Shown: in pieces, positions 39,950 through 50,171 of the stretch
Position numbering within the stretch: position 1 is the first letter of the stretch
Layout of the letters: every line of letters starts with the position of its first letter
Assembly (NCBI GenBank): GCA_963786105.1
Contig: CAWAXX010000017.1
Location: forward strand, 192,001-256,000
Length of the DNA: 64,000 bases
Direction: 5' to 3'
Origin: Vulcanimicrobiota bacterium
GTDB taxonomy: Bacteria > Vulcanimicrobiota > Vulcanimicrobiia > Vulcanimicrobiales > Vulcanimicrobiaceae
Translations under genes and position numbers: made by a program
Notes under the pieces: model-generated
Told to the model about the DNA's origin: nothing
The model's input: only the letters and a program-made list of their open reading frames with translations
Databases searched by the model: none

Positions 39950-40049
39950 AGGCGTTGAATCGCGAGCTTTCTGGCATCCGGGCCATCCCGCCCGCCTGGA
40001 AACCCAAGAGTCCCGGCGACGACAGGTTGCTTGAAGCTCGTCGACGCCT
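39950..40049 (-). ncRNA. Candidate structured cis-regulatory leader RNA
   Basis: Nested stems AGGCGUCGA/UCAACGCCU and CGAGCUU/AAGCUCG enclose two inner hairpins; ends just before the SD of the TOBE gene. Confidence 0.4.
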
Positions 40050-40095
40050 GCGCTATCATCGCGAAAAAACGATGAGCGAGAAACGGAGGCTCCGT

Positions 40096-41136
40096 ATGTC
40101 GGGAAAGGCCGGCGTCGATCGCCGTGGTTTCATCGGCGCTGCGGCCATGACCGTCGCCGCAACACAACTGGGCATGTCGCCATCGGCGAACGCTCAATCT
40201 GGTAATGCGAACTCGCTACCGCCGATTCAGGCGGGACGGAGCGCGGCGTTTGCCTCTCTGAAACAGATCGATGCGGGCTTGCTGAATGTTGGATACGCCG
40301 AGGACGGCCCGGCTGATGGCCCGGCGGTAGTCCTATTGCACGGCTGGCCGTATGACATTCACAGCTACGGCGACGTTGCTGCATTGCTGGCTTCGGCGGG
40401 GTATCGGGTGATCGTGCCGTATCTGCGCGGTTACGGCTCGACGCGATTCCTTTCAAGCGCGACCTTCCGGAACGGCCAGCAATCGGTCGTCGCCGTCGAT
40501 ACGATCGCCCTCATGGACGCTCTTAAGATTCAGCGAGCCATCCTGGCCGGTTTCGACTGGGGAGCGCGGACGGCCGATATCGTCGCCGCCCTCTGGCCCG
40601 AGCGTTGTAAGGCCCTCGTCTCCGTGAGCGGCTGTCTCATTACGAACCTTCAGGCGAACCTGCAGCCGTTACCGCCGGCCGCCGAATTGGGTTGGTGGTA
40701 CCAGTATTACTTTGCTACGGAACGCGGACTGCTTGGCTATAGGGAAAACCGGTATGCTTTTAACAAGCTGATCTGGAAGATCGTTTCGCCGAAGTGGGGC
40801 TTCGACGACGCGACGTTCGATCGCACGGCAACAGCCTTCGACAATCCGGATCACGTCGCCATCGTGATCCACAATTACCGCTGGCGGCTGAGCCTAGCAA
40901 AGGGTGACCCGGAATACGACGACCTGGAACGCCGGCTTTTCGAGGGCCCGGTTATCCATCGTACCCGCAATTACCGTTGCGAGCGATTTCGATGGCGCGG
41001 CCGCCGGCGGCGAATCGTACCGCAACAAATTCACGGGCAAATATTCGCATCGGGTCCTTCGGGGCATCGGTCACAACGTGCCTCAAGAGACCCGCAAGCC
41101 TTCGCCCAGGCCGTAATCGATGTCGACCGTTATTGA
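40096..41136 (+). pseudogene. Tat-exported epoxide hydrolase-like alpha/beta hydrolase with two compensating frameshifts
   Basis: DRRGFIG Tat motif, LLHGWP, GFDWG; the conserved VPAITVASDFDG...GIGHNVPQE segment lies in another frame (about 40957-41092). Confidence 0.7.
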
Positions 41137-41152
41137 CGACGAAGGAAAAGGT

Positions 41153-41437
41153 ATGCTGATTCAGTCCATCCATTACACGTTCGCGCCGGAAGATGCGGAT
41201 AAGGCCGAAGCCATCTTGCGAGAACTGCGCGACGCCTCACGCAAAGAAGAAGGCGTGCTCGGCTTCGACATCGCTCGCAGCCAAGAGAATCCGAGCGTCT
41301 TTGCGCTGTGGGAACAGTACCGGGATCGAGCCGCGCTGGACGCTCACAAGGCGACGGAACACTTCAAAGAACTCGCGCTGAAGGGCGTGCGGCCCCTGGC
41401 CCGGCAACGCGTCGCAGAGACGGTTTTTCCGATCTGA
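41153..41437 (+). CDS. Antibiotic biosynthesis monooxygenase (ABM) family protein
   Basis: SRKEEG...FALWEQY.D.AALDAHKATEHF. Confidence 0.85.
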   Translation: MLIQSIHYTFAPEDADKAEAILRELRDASRKEEGVLGFDIARSQENPSVFALWEQYRDRAALDAHKATEHFKELALKGVRPLARQRVAETVFPI

Positions 41438-41443
41438 ACTCGC

Positions 41444-42157
41444 TTAGTCGTTCGGAAGCGGCTTGCTCGTCAGGCGCGAAAACTGCGCTTCGGTTCCGTT
41501 CTGCGTCCTCTGTTGTTTGATCTGCTCCTTCTGAGCCGCGAGCATCGTCGCAAGCCCGTCCAGTCCTTGATTTAGTTGCAGATTTTTCGCCTTCCACGTT
41601 GCCGTGTTCGTGAAGACGACGCCAGGATAGACCGCCTTCAGGTCCGGTACGGATCGATTTTCGTTTTGAACTCGCCGGATGATCTTCGTCAGCGAGTCGG
41701 TGTCCCCGAAAGCGTATCCGTTGACGTACGGTCCCACGAGCTCTAAGAAAGCGTCCTGCGCGTGGAAGAGCTCGAAGCCCGGGCTGCCGATACTTCCCAT
41801 CTTGCTTTGATCGACGAGCAGCGCGAATTGGCGTCCCCGGTATTGAGCCGAATAAAACCAATAGACCGCATCGTTTCTGTAGCCGAGATCGTAAAGGCGA
41901 ATCGCTCCTACGTACATCTGATAGAACGTCAGCGCGTTCCATTGGTTCTTCATCGCGTGGATCGTCGCGACGAATTCCTTGTCGTTCGTCGAACCTAAGC
42001 CCGTGCTGAATTTGCCGACCTTGATGACCGGGCCGGCCGAGTTGTAGTATGGAATGACGTATGCGTCGATCTTGGCGGGATCGGAAACGAGGGCGCTGCC
42101 CGCAACCGGCAAGACGCTTGCGAGAAGAACTCCGGCGACAAGAAGCGTCGCTTTCAT
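41444..42157 (-). CDS. Secreted hypothetical protein
   Basis: Signal peptide; SD AAGGAAG; one TPR-like helix pair (DAVYWFY). Confidence 0.7.
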   Translation of the reverse strand: MKATLLVAGVLLASVLPVAGSALVSDPAKIDAYVIPYYNSAGPVIKVGKFSTGLGSTNDKEFVATIHAMKNQWNALTFYQMYVGAIRLYDLGYRNDAVYWFYSAQYRGRQFALLVDQSKMGSIGSPGFELFHAQDAFLELVGPYVNGYAFGDTDSLTKIIRRVQNENRSVPDLKAVYPGVVFTNTATWKAKNLQLNQGLDGLATMLAAQKEQIKQQRTQNGTEAQFSRLTSKPLPND

Positions 42158-42236
42158 AGATTACTTCCTTTTAAATCGTGTCGCGCCGAGCGATCTAGCG
42201 CAGGTGGGACTGTAGAGCCTGGTGGAAGATCGCGCG

Positions 42237-42656
42237 ATGAATGCCGCGCCTCCGATGATTTGCACGCGCTGCAACGGCCCCAGCAGCGAGGCCGAAAACT
42301 GTCCCAAATGCGGCACTCGGCTAAAGACGCTGCAGAGCCGGCAGCGCAGAGGCTGGGTGGCATTCGGCGCAGGACTGTTTCTGGTCATTTTTATGACCCC
42401 TGTCTGGATCTGGGTCGACGTTCTGCTCGCGGGCAACGGTCTCGCGCAGCGCGACGCGGCAACGGCCCAGTTCGAAGGGCGCATCAATGTTGCGTTCGGG
42501 CTCGTCGTCGTCGCCGGCGCACTCGGCGCGATCAACGGCTGGCTCATGGCTCGCACGGGAGTTCGAAACCGCGCGCTCGTCTTCGGGCTGATCGTGGTCT
42601 TCATCAGCGCGCTCATCGTCGCGTACACTGCGTCGAGCGGATATCGTCCATCGTGA
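42237..42656 (+). CDS. Zinc-ribbon membrane protein
   Basis: CTRC...CPKCG followed by three hydrophobic helices. Confidence 0.7.
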   Translation: MNAAPPMICTRCNGPSSEAENCPKCGTRLKTLQSRQRRGWVAFGAGLFLVIFMTPVWIWVDVLLAGNGLAQRDAATAQFEGRINVAFGLVVVAGALGAINGWLMARTGVRNRALVFGLIVVFISALIVAYTASSGYRPS

Positions 42657-42775
42657 GGTAGCACAGTGCCGCTCGAATCGGCGATCTCCTCCAGCCGGCG
42701 TCACGCGCCCAAACCGGCGAACGCCGTTAATAACGGTTGATGACGATAACCTGCCTCCCGAGATAAAAGTAGACG

Positions 42776-43339
42776 GTGAGGATAGGACGGACCACAATGC
42801 TTCTGCTGCTTATGGGCGCGCTTTTTGCGGTCTTTCCTTCAGGAGCCCGTGCGCAAAGTACGCCTACGGCTTCAGCCGCGGGCTGTCCGAGCGATCCGGC
42901 CTTTCACGCGCTCGATTTTTGGCTCGGAACGTGGCGTGTCACCGACGACGGCCGGTATGCCGGTACCGACGTCGTCGCGTCGGAGCTCGATGGCTGCGCC
43001 GTCGTCGAGAAGTGGACCGATGCCGACGGAAGCCGCGGCATGAGTCTTTTCGTTTACGATTGCTTTTCGGGGAGTTGGCACCAGACGTGGGTTACCGAGC
43101 TGGCAACGCACGTCGGCGGCCTGAAGTACAAAACGCTCGTAGCACGGTATTCAAACGGAGGCGTGCGCTTTGCGGGGATCCTCCCGGCGCCGCCCGGCAA
43201 GCCGCCGATTCTCGATCGAACGACCCTAACGCCGCTTGCAAACGGGACCGTGCACCAGGCAATCGAGATCTCTCGGGATGGAGGAAGCACCTGGGCCACG
43301 ACGTTCGACGCCATCTACGCGCATGCTACCCCGCCGTAA
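42776..43339 (+). CDS. Secreted lipocalin-like beta-barrel protein (DUF1579-like), paralog A
   Basis: Signal peptide; C...LDFWLGTW, GCAVVEKW, WHQTWV, SRDGGSTW. Confidence 0.7.
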   Translation: MRIGRTTMLLLLMGALFAVFPSGARAQSTPTASAAGCPSDPAFHALDFWLGTWRVTDDGRYAGTDVVASELDGCAVVEKWTDADGSRGMSLFVYDCFSGSWHQTWVTELATHVGGLKYKTLVARYSNGGVRFAGILPAPPGKPPILDRTTLTPLANGTVHQAIEISRDGGSTWATTFDAIYAHATPP

Positions 43340-43343
43340 GAGA

Positions 43344-43889
43344 GTGTCGTTGCGACGACTCATCGTTGCGGCGCTCGTATCGAGCATCGCTTTCCTCCCG
43401 GCAGGACGGCCCGCGTTGGGCCGCCCCGCGCCGTCGCCGTCACCGGGCCCTTGCGCCGCTTCCGAACGACGCCAGTTCGACTTTTGGATCGGCAACTGGC
43501 GCGTCGTCGACCGGTCTGGTGCATTCCAGGGCACGAACGATGTGACCGGCGAGTTCGGCGGATGTGCGATCCAAGAACACTGGAAAGGGTCCGACGGAAG
43601 CCGCGGTTCGAGCTTCAGTACGTACGTACCCAGCCGAAAGGAGTGGCAACAGACGTGGGTCGACTCGCACGGTCTTACGCTGCAGCTCTACGGCGGAATT
43701 CACGACGGCAGCATGGTGCTTTCCGGCCCGCGCACCACCCGAACCGGCACCGTCGTCGATCGTATCGTTTGGACGCCGCTTTCCCAAGGACGCGTGCGCC
43801 AAAACTGGCAAGAAGCCGACGCGAGCGAAAAGCACTGGCGAGAGATTTTCGACGGGTACTATTCGAGAGTCAAAGCGCCGGCGTCGTAG
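43344..43889 (+). CDS. Secreted lipocalin-like beta-barrel protein (DUF1579-like), paralog B
   Basis: Signal peptide from GTG 43344; C...FDFWIGNW, GCAIQEHW, WQQTWVD. Confidence 0.7.
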   Translation: MSLRRLIVAALVSSIAFLPAGRPALGRPAPSPSPGPCAASERRQFDFWIGNWRVVDRSGAFQGTNDVTGEFGGCAIQEHWKGSDGSRGSSFSTYVPSRKEWQQTWVDSHGLTLQLYGGIHDGSMVLSGPRTTRTGTVVDRIVWTPLSQGRVRQNWQEADASEKHWREIFDGYYSRVKAPAS

Positions 43890-43928
43890 CTTGGATGAGC
43901 GCCGTTCCACGACGCCGAAGCATCCGCC

Positions 43929-45209
43929 GTGGGGTATGCGTTCGGATCGTTCACGTTCGATCCGCAGGTTTTGAGCCTGTACTGCCACGGCGTTGCTTTG
44001 CCGATTAAGCCAAAGACGGCCAGCCTCTTAGCGTTCTTCTTGCAACATCCCGGCGAGCTCGTGACCAAGGCGGAGCTCATGGATGCGCTGTGGCCCGACG
44101 CAGACGTGACCGAGGCGAACCTCACTCAGCACGTGTTTTTGATGCGGCAAATCTTCTCGGCGCACTCTCCTCACGAGACGTTCGTCGTTACCCAGGCCGC
44201 GCACGGCTATCGGTTCGTCGCGCCGGTACAGCCGATAGGGAAAGAGCCATGGCGGCGCTCCGGCTGGCGCGAATATTCGCGAGGGCGCTTTTACGCCGAT
44301 CAGCGCACGGACGCATCGCTCGAGCTCGGGCTTCAATACTTTCAAAGGGCATTCGCGATTGACGCACGGAACGCGGACGCGCTCTCGGGAATCGCCTTTT
44401 GCCACGTACTTCGAGCGGAGTATCTTCTCGCGGCGCCGGACGTGCTCGAGTTCGGAAGGGCGGCGGCGCAGAAGGCGTTGGAGCTCGACCCGGATCACGC
44501 CGAGGCGCACCTCGCGATGGGCGACGTTCACGTCTTTCGCGATTGGGATCCCGTTCGAGCGCAGCAGTCTTACGAGCGTGCGCTCTGGCGCAATCCGAGC
44601 AGCTCGCGGGTTCGCTATTTTCGCGCTTGGCTGTTCGGTATTACCGGAGAATTCGACCGAGGCGTTCACGAGATCGAGATGGCGATCGGCCGCGACCCGT
44701 ACTCGCTCGAACTACAGACGGTCCTCGCGGTGTTGGAGCTCATGCGCGGTGAGTTCGAGGCGTGCGTCGAGGCTTGCGACGACGTGCTCGCCCTCGATCC
44801 AACCAACGCACACGCGCGTTTCTATCGCCGCGCGGCGCTTGCGTACGGCGGTGCGCCCCGCGAAGCGCTCGAGGCGTTCCTGAACGAAGAGCCGGCGGAG
44901 CACCGGCAGCAGGCGATCGGCATCGCCGGCTATGCCGCCGGACTCTGCGGCGATACGCGCGAGGCGCGGCGGATGCTGGCCATGCTGACCGACCGCCGAA
45001 GTTTCGCGTACGTCTCGCCTTTCAACGTCGCGCACGTGCTACTCGGACTCGGCCGAGAAGCCGAGGCGATCGTGGAGCTGGAACGCGGAGTGCGTGAGCG
45101 CGATTCGTGGTCGATTTTCTTGCCGAGTCACCGGATTCTCTCGCGCGTAAACGGCATGGGCCGCGTTATTGCGAAGATCGCCCCGGGTCGCGGCGTGACG
45201 GCACGATAG
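43929..45209 (+). CDS. OmpR-type winged-helix DNA-binding domain plus TPR repeats regulator
   Basis: PGELVTKAELMDALW...EANLTQHV...GYRF, then TPR repeats. Confidence 0.85.
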   Translation: MGYAFGSFTFDPQVLSLYCHGVALPIKPKTASLLAFFLQHPGELVTKAELMDALWPDADVTEANLTQHVFLMRQIFSAHSPHETFVVTQAAHGYRFVAPVQPIGKEPWRRSGWREYSRGRFYADQRTDASLELGLQYFQRAFAIDARNADALSGIAFCHVLRAEYLLAAPDVLEFGRAAAQKALELDPDHAEAHLAMGDVHVFRDWDPVRAQQSYERALWRNPSSSRVRYFRAWLFGITGEFDRGVHEIEMAIGRDPYSLELQTVLAVLELMRGEFEACVEACDDVLALDPTNAHARFYRRAALAYGGAPREALEAFLNEEPAEHRQQAIGIAGYAAGLCGDTREARRMLAMLTDRRSFAYVSPFNVAHVLLGLGREAEAIVELERGVRERDSWSIFLPSHRILSRVNGMGRVIAKIAPGRGVTAR

Positions 45210-45369
45210 GGCGCCACACGAGCTCGCCCGCGCAGTTGGGACATCGATAGGAGAGCAGAGCCGAGCAAGCCGGACAGAACGTGCACTCGTAGCTGCAAAT
45301 ACACGCGCGCTCCGTTGCCGGCAGCGGCAACCCGCACCTCTCGCAGGTTTCTTTCATCTGTAACGACAT
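45166..45369 (-). CDS. DUF1272 Cys-rich protein
   Basis: CERC...ICSYECTFCPAC...CPNCAGELVWRP. Confidence 0.85.
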   Translation of the reverse strand: MSLQMKETCERCGLPLPATERACICSYECTFCPACSALLSYRCPNCAGELVWRPIVPSRRDPGRSSQ

Positions 45370-45491
45370 CCATCCGTAGAGTAGTCCGGCACGGTCTGCG
45401 AGTCCTCAACCGGCCTCAATGTTAACACGCGTACAACGCCGCCGCAAAGTGTGAGTTGCGCGTACGACCCCGGCGGCGGTACTATGGGCGA

Positions 45492-45872
45492 ATGACGCCT
45501 CGGCCGACCGTAGCGATCGTGGCGACCGCCGTTTGGGGTGTGTTGTTGATTCCGGGGCTGGTCGGCGCGGCGCTGTCGCCGATGTTTTTCGACGCACCTG
45601 GCGGCTCGATGAACGATCCGGCTGCGTGGATCAACGCGCTCATCGTCGTTTCGTTTCCGTGCCTGTGCTTGGTGTCGATAGCCGGCGCGTGGATCGTCTG
45701 GCTTTGGCGCAAACGAAGCCCGACACGATCGGGGTCGTACGCGCAGATCGTGCTTGCCTGTCTTCCTTTGATACCGGTTATCTACGTTGGGGCGGCGTTG
45801 GTCATCGAAACCGTCGGCGTGCTGCGCAGCGGTCAACCCCTGGGACTTCACAGCACGATCATTCGGCACTAG
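45492..45872 (+). CDS. Small membrane protein
   Basis: Three hydrophobic segments, SPMFFDAPG; TACTAT-N6-ATG. Confidence 0.7.
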   Translation: MTPRPTVAIVATAVWGVLLIPGLVGAALSPMFFDAPGGSMNDPAAWINALIVVSFPCLCLVSIAGAWIVWLWRKRSPTRSGSYAQIVLACLPLIPVIYVGAALVIETVGVLRSGQPLGLHSTIIRH

Positions 45873-45873
45873 T

Positions 45874-48800
45874 TCAGGATGACGCGGCGACGATACTTCC
45901 GACGGCGGAGACGGGGAGCAGCGAGTTGACGAGTTGTAGGGGATCGTAGGCCGAAACGGGCGTAAGGATTTCGCCGTCGCCGTCGCGTCGAGCGGCCCGT
46001 AAGGCATCGATAGCGTCCGGAAGTGCGAACTGTTCGCCGACGATGGTGGCGATGAACCGGCCGCCGCGAATTTCGCCGCGCGCTTCCATTCGTCGCAACG
46101 CTAAGAGCAGTTCGCGCCAGCGCGGAGTCAAACTTTCGCGCGCGATGACGTCGCGAAAAACGATGCCCCACCGGTTCAGCAAACGCCGCGCGAACAGATC
46201 GGCATCGATGCGCGAAACGGCCGAGCTTATTTTGGTCCAACGGCCGCTCGACGAACGAGGCCGCGCGCGCAGTCCTTTCTCCCCGAGGCGGCGCTTCGCG
46301 TCGATCAACGAACGCAGTGCATCGAAGCCGTCGGCGGTAACCAACCCGGCGGCGACGAGCTGCCAGAGCGCTTCTTCGACTTCGGCCGGCATGCGTTTGG
46401 TGGCCCGAACGATCTCGGCAAAGAAGGGCGCTCCCCGTTGCTCGATCGCCGTCAGCACCTCGCGGGCCGCGGTCGAGAGACCTTCGGGCGCATAGTCGTC
46501 GGTGCGAGCGATCAGTTCGTCGGCGTCGCTGCGCGCGAGCAACGCGATCGGCGCGAGCTTCGTCGGTCGAACCCGACGCTTGCGTTGGTGGTCGTTCGGC
46601 ACGAGCGCCGGATGCGGCGAAAGCCGCCCCCACATCACCTCGCCCGAGTAGCAGAGTTGATCCAGGTACTCCGGCTTGTAGCCGGCGATCCGCCGCGGCA
46701 GAATCTGCGCTTCCCAAGCGGCCGCGGGAATTTCGTAGCCCTCGAGTTGCCGAATGGCTTGCAGCGTGCCGTCAATGCCATGCAGGCGCGACGCGAGCGC
46801 GACGTGCTGCCATCGATACAAGAAGCGTGCGTAGTCGGCACTGGTGACGGGTTCGATCTCGCGCCTTAGCTGACCGATCGTCAGACGGTGGATGCGCGCG
46901 AGCACCCGCCGGTTGCACCACTCCTCGCCTTCGATGCGCCGGAAGCGTCCGCGCAGCACTTGACCCTCGCTTTCGAGGCGCAGCATGGCGGCTGCGACGG
47001 CGTCGCTATCGAGGCAGAGGCGTTGCGCCAGTTCCGCAACCGTCACCGGCCCGTTGCATTCGAGCCATCCGCGCACGATCTCAACGATCGCGTCCTGCGC
47101 TAGATCGGGCACGTGCATGCCGGTGACGGCGGTCATGTCGGGAAGCAGGGTCGCGTTTGGATACGCAAGGCGTGCTAGCTCGAGTCGTTCGGCGCATACC
47201 CACAATGGGTTCGTTCCGACGTGCATCGTGGCGGCGCGCCGCTGCGCGACGAGCGCCTCGAACCAGGGCATCCAGGCTTGCGGCGGTGGGAGAACGATAA
47301 GCGTAGCAAGGGCGTCGTGCAGCTCGTCGGCGTCACGCACGACCGGCCACGATTCTTCGGCGATTTCTTCGATGGCCTTTGGATTGAGAATGCCGGCGCC
47401 GTTGGCGTCGTCGCGCGTGGTGCGTCGCAACTGTACGGCTCGCGCCCGGCGTTCCTCCAGCGGCGCATCGTCGAGGTAGGCGAACGGATTGGCGTTGAGA
47501 ATTTCGTGGCTGAAAACGGATGGCTCGGGTGTGTCGATGGCGACCGTTCGGATGTTCCCGCCTTCGATATCGCGTAGGATGCGCAGCAGGCCTTCGAGAT
47601 CCATGGCCTCCTGCAAACAGTTTGCGATCGTTTCGCGTACGAGCACGTGGTCGGGAATCAGAATGGGTCCAGTGAGGTTCTCCGGACAGGCGACCTGGTC
47701 GGGGAAGACCGCGGCCAGCAGATCGTTTGCTCGCATGCGCAGCAGCTGCGGGGGCACTTTGCGTCCGCCGCGCATGCGCGCGATCGTCAGCGCTCGGGTC
47801 GCGTTCCAGCGCCAGCGCGCTTCGAACATCGGTGCGGGCAGCAGCGCCTGGGTGAGAACGCTTTCGACGCTGGCCGATTTCAAATACTCGAAGACGGCTT
47901 CGAGCGGAAAGGCGTGTTGCTCCGCGAGCGAGATGACGACGCCGTTGTCGGTAGCCGCCGCTTGCAATTCAAAGTTGAACGAAACGCAGAAACGCTTGCG
48001 CAGGGCCAGTCCCCACGCGCGGTTGATGCGCGCGCCAAAAGGCGTATGCAGGATCAGCTGCATGCCGCCGCCTTCGTCGAAAAAGCGTTCGGCGACGATC
48101 GTGCGGTCGCTGGGGATCGCTCCCAGCGCAGCCTTGGCGGCTCGGATGTAGGCGACGATTTGCTCGGCGCCGCTCGAATCCAGTCCGCACTCGCCGGTCA
48201 GCAGCTCGATGGCGCCGGCATCGTCGCGCTCGTCGATGGCGATGCGTAACTCGGAGACTTCGTGCGACAATTCGATGGTGCGGCCGAGCCCCTCACCGTT
48301 CCAAAACGGGATGGTGGGCGGCGAGCCGTGGGCGTCTTCGACGCGCACGGTACTGGCTTCGACGCGCCGAATCTTCCACGAGTTCGTGCCGAGAAGAAAG
48401 ATGTCGCCGGCCAGACTCTCGATTGCGAAGTCTTCGTCGAGAGTACCGACGACGTTGCCGTCGGGCTCGGCAACGACCGTGTAGTTAGCCGTGTCCGGAA
48501 TGGCCCCGCCACACGTAATCGCCGATAAGCGCGCGCCGCGGCGCGCGCGCAGCACGCCGTTCACGCGGTCATGATGCAGAAAGGTTCCGCTGCGCCCGCG
48601 CGCCGTCGCCACACCGTCGGCAACCAGCGAAACGACCGCATCGAAGTCCTCGCGCGAAAGTTCGCGGTATGGGTACGTGCCGCGCACGAGATCGTAGAGA
48701 GCGTCGGCTTTCCATTCGTGGGCGGCGCAGGCGGCCACGATTTGTTGCGCAAGAATATCGAGCGGTGCGTTGGTTATTTCCAGCGCGTCCATGGCGCCGC

Positions 48801-49974
48801 CGCGCAACGCGCGCACGAGCGCCGCGCATTCGAGCAGTTCGTCACGAGTGGTTGCAAAAATCTTGCCTTGCGGCATCGCGCCGACCCAATGCCCGGACCG
48901 GCCGATGCGCTGCAACGCGGTGGCGATGGAACGCGGGGTTCCGAGCTGAACGACCAGATCGATGGTGCCGATGTCGATGCCGAGTTCCAGCGAGGCGGTG
49001 GCGACCACCGCGCGCAGTTTCCCGCTCTTGAGAAGGTTTTCGGCGTCGAAGCGCGTTTCGCGCGCCAAGCTTCCGTGATGGGGCATTACGATGCCTTCAC
49101 CCAGACGCTGTTCCAGCGCAAAGGCGACCCGTTCGCTCATGCGGCGGGTTGGAACGAACACCAGCGTCGTGCGATTGGCGAGGACCATGTCGGCAACGCG
49201 ATCGTAGATCTCCGCCCACATCTCGCCGCTGGCCACGGCGCCAAGCTCGTCGCTGGGTATCTCGACCGCGAGCCCCATCGGCCGGCGGCTACCGACGTCG
49301 ACGATCGTCGCGGTGGGGCTGAGAAAGTTGGCGATGCGCTCGAGCGGGCGGACCGTTGCCGATAGGCCGATGCGCTGCGGCTTTCGGTTACCGCCTTCGG
49401 CGACTAGTGCGTCGAGACGAGCGAGCGTGAGCATGAGGTGCGACCCGCGTTTGCTGTTGGCGACCGCATGGATTTCGTCGACGATGACGGTCGAGACGTT
49501 TCCGAAGAGCGCGCGCGACTTTTCGGCGGTGAGAAGGATAAACAGCGACTCCGGCGTGGTGACCAGCACGTGTGGTGGCTTGCGCAGCATGCGCTGCCGC
49601 TCGGCGGTCGTGGTGTCGCCGGTGCGAACCGCCGTTCTGATCGGCGCGAGAGGCGTGAGCCGCTGGTTGGCGCGTGCGACGAGCTCGGCGAGCGGCAATT
49701 CGAGGTTCTTGCGAACGTCGTTGGTCAGGGCTTTGAGGGGCGAGACGTACACCACCAGCGTTTCTTCCGGGAGAACGTCGTCGGCGGCGCGGCGTACCAG
49801 ATCGTCGAGGCAGATGAGGAACGCCGCCAGCGTTTTGCCCGATCCGGTAGGCGCGCAGATTAACGTGTCGCCGCCCTGGCGGATCGGCGGCCAGCCCTGG
49901 AGTTGCGGCTCCGTCGGTTGCCCGAAACGCTCGGCGAACCATTCGCTCACCAGCGGATGGAAAGTCTTCAGCAC
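45874..49974 (-). CDS. lhr: Lhr family ATP-dependent helicase with extended C-terminal domain
   Basis: APTGSGKT, SPLKAL, TTPESL, DEIH, KRG, GLSAT, SLELGID, QRIGRSGH; 1366 aa. Confidence 0.93.
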   Translation of the reverse strand: MLKTFHPLVSEWFAERFGQPTEPQLQGWPPIRQGGDTLICAPTGSGKTLAAFLICLDDLVRRAADDVLPEETLVVYVSPLKALTNDVRKNLELPLAELVARANQRLTPLAPIRTAVRTGDTTTAERQRMLRKPPHVLVTTPESLFILLTAEKSRALFGNVSTVIVDEIHAVANSKRGSHLMLTLARLDALVAEGGNRKPQRIGLSATVRPLERIANFLSPTATIVDVGSRRPMGLAVEIPSDELGAVASGEMWAEIYDRVADMVLANRTTLVFVPTRRMSERVAFALEQRLGEGIVMPHHGSLARETRFDAENLLKSGKLRAVVATASLELGIDIGTIDLVVQLGTPRSIATALQRIGRSGHWVGAMPQGKIFATTRDELLECAALVRALRGGAMDALEITNAPLDILAQQIVAACAAHEWKADALYDLVRGTYPYRELSREDFDAVVSLVADGVATARGRSGTFLHHDRVNGVLRARRGARLSAITCGGAIPDTANYTVVAEPDGNVVGTLDEDFAIESLAGDIFLLGTNSWKIRRVEASTVRVEDAHGSPPTIPFWNGEGLGRTIELSHEVSELRIAIDERDDAGAIELLTGECGLDSSGAEQIVAYIRAAKAALGAIPSDRTIVAERFFDEGGGMQLILHTPFGARINRAWGLALRKRFCVSFNFELQAAATDNGVVISLAEQHAFPLEAVFEYLKSASVESVLTQALLPAPMFEARWRWNATRALTIARMRGGRKVPPQLLRMRANDLLAAVFPDQVACPENLTGPILIPDHVLVRETIANCLQEAMDLEGLLRILRDIEGGNIRTVAIDTPEPSVFSHEILNANPFAYLDDAPLEERRARAVQLRRTTRDDANGAGILNPKAIEEIAEESWPVVRDADELHDALATLIVLPPPQAWMPWFEALVAQRRAATMHVGTNPLWVCAERLELARLAYPNATLLPDMTAVTGMHVPDLAQDAIVEIVRGWLECNGPVTVAELAQRLCLDSDAVAAAMLRLESEGQVLRGRFRRIEGEEWCNRRVLARIHRLTIGQLRREIEPVTSADYARFLYRWQHVALASRLHGIDGTLQAIRQLEGYEIPAAAWEAQILPRRIAGYKPEYLDQLCYSGEVMWGRLSPHPALVPNDHQRKRRVRPTKLAPIALLARSDADELIARTDDYAPEGLSTAAREVLTAIEQRGAPFFAEIVRATKRMPAEVEEALWQLVAAGLVTADGFDALRSLIDAKRRLGEKGLRARPRSSSGRWTKISSAVSRIDADLFARRLLNRWGIVFRDVIARESLTPRWRELLLALRRMEARGEIRGGRFIATIVGEQFALPDAIDALRAARRDGDGEILTPVSAYDPLQLVNSLLPVSAVGSIVAASS

Positions 49975-50171
49975 GGTCTTTCCACGCTCAACCCTCTTCC
50001 GGCCGGTACTGTTTCAGCGGCCGGCGCGAAAAACAGCGAGCCGGTGCGCTTCGGATCGGCGCTGTAGAGCGGGCAAGCGTCAGATCTGTAACGCTCGACA
50101 CCGGTTCGGCGACCTGGGTACGGACCACGGACCTCGCGAATACGCGCGCATCGTTCGTTCATTTTTGCGAG

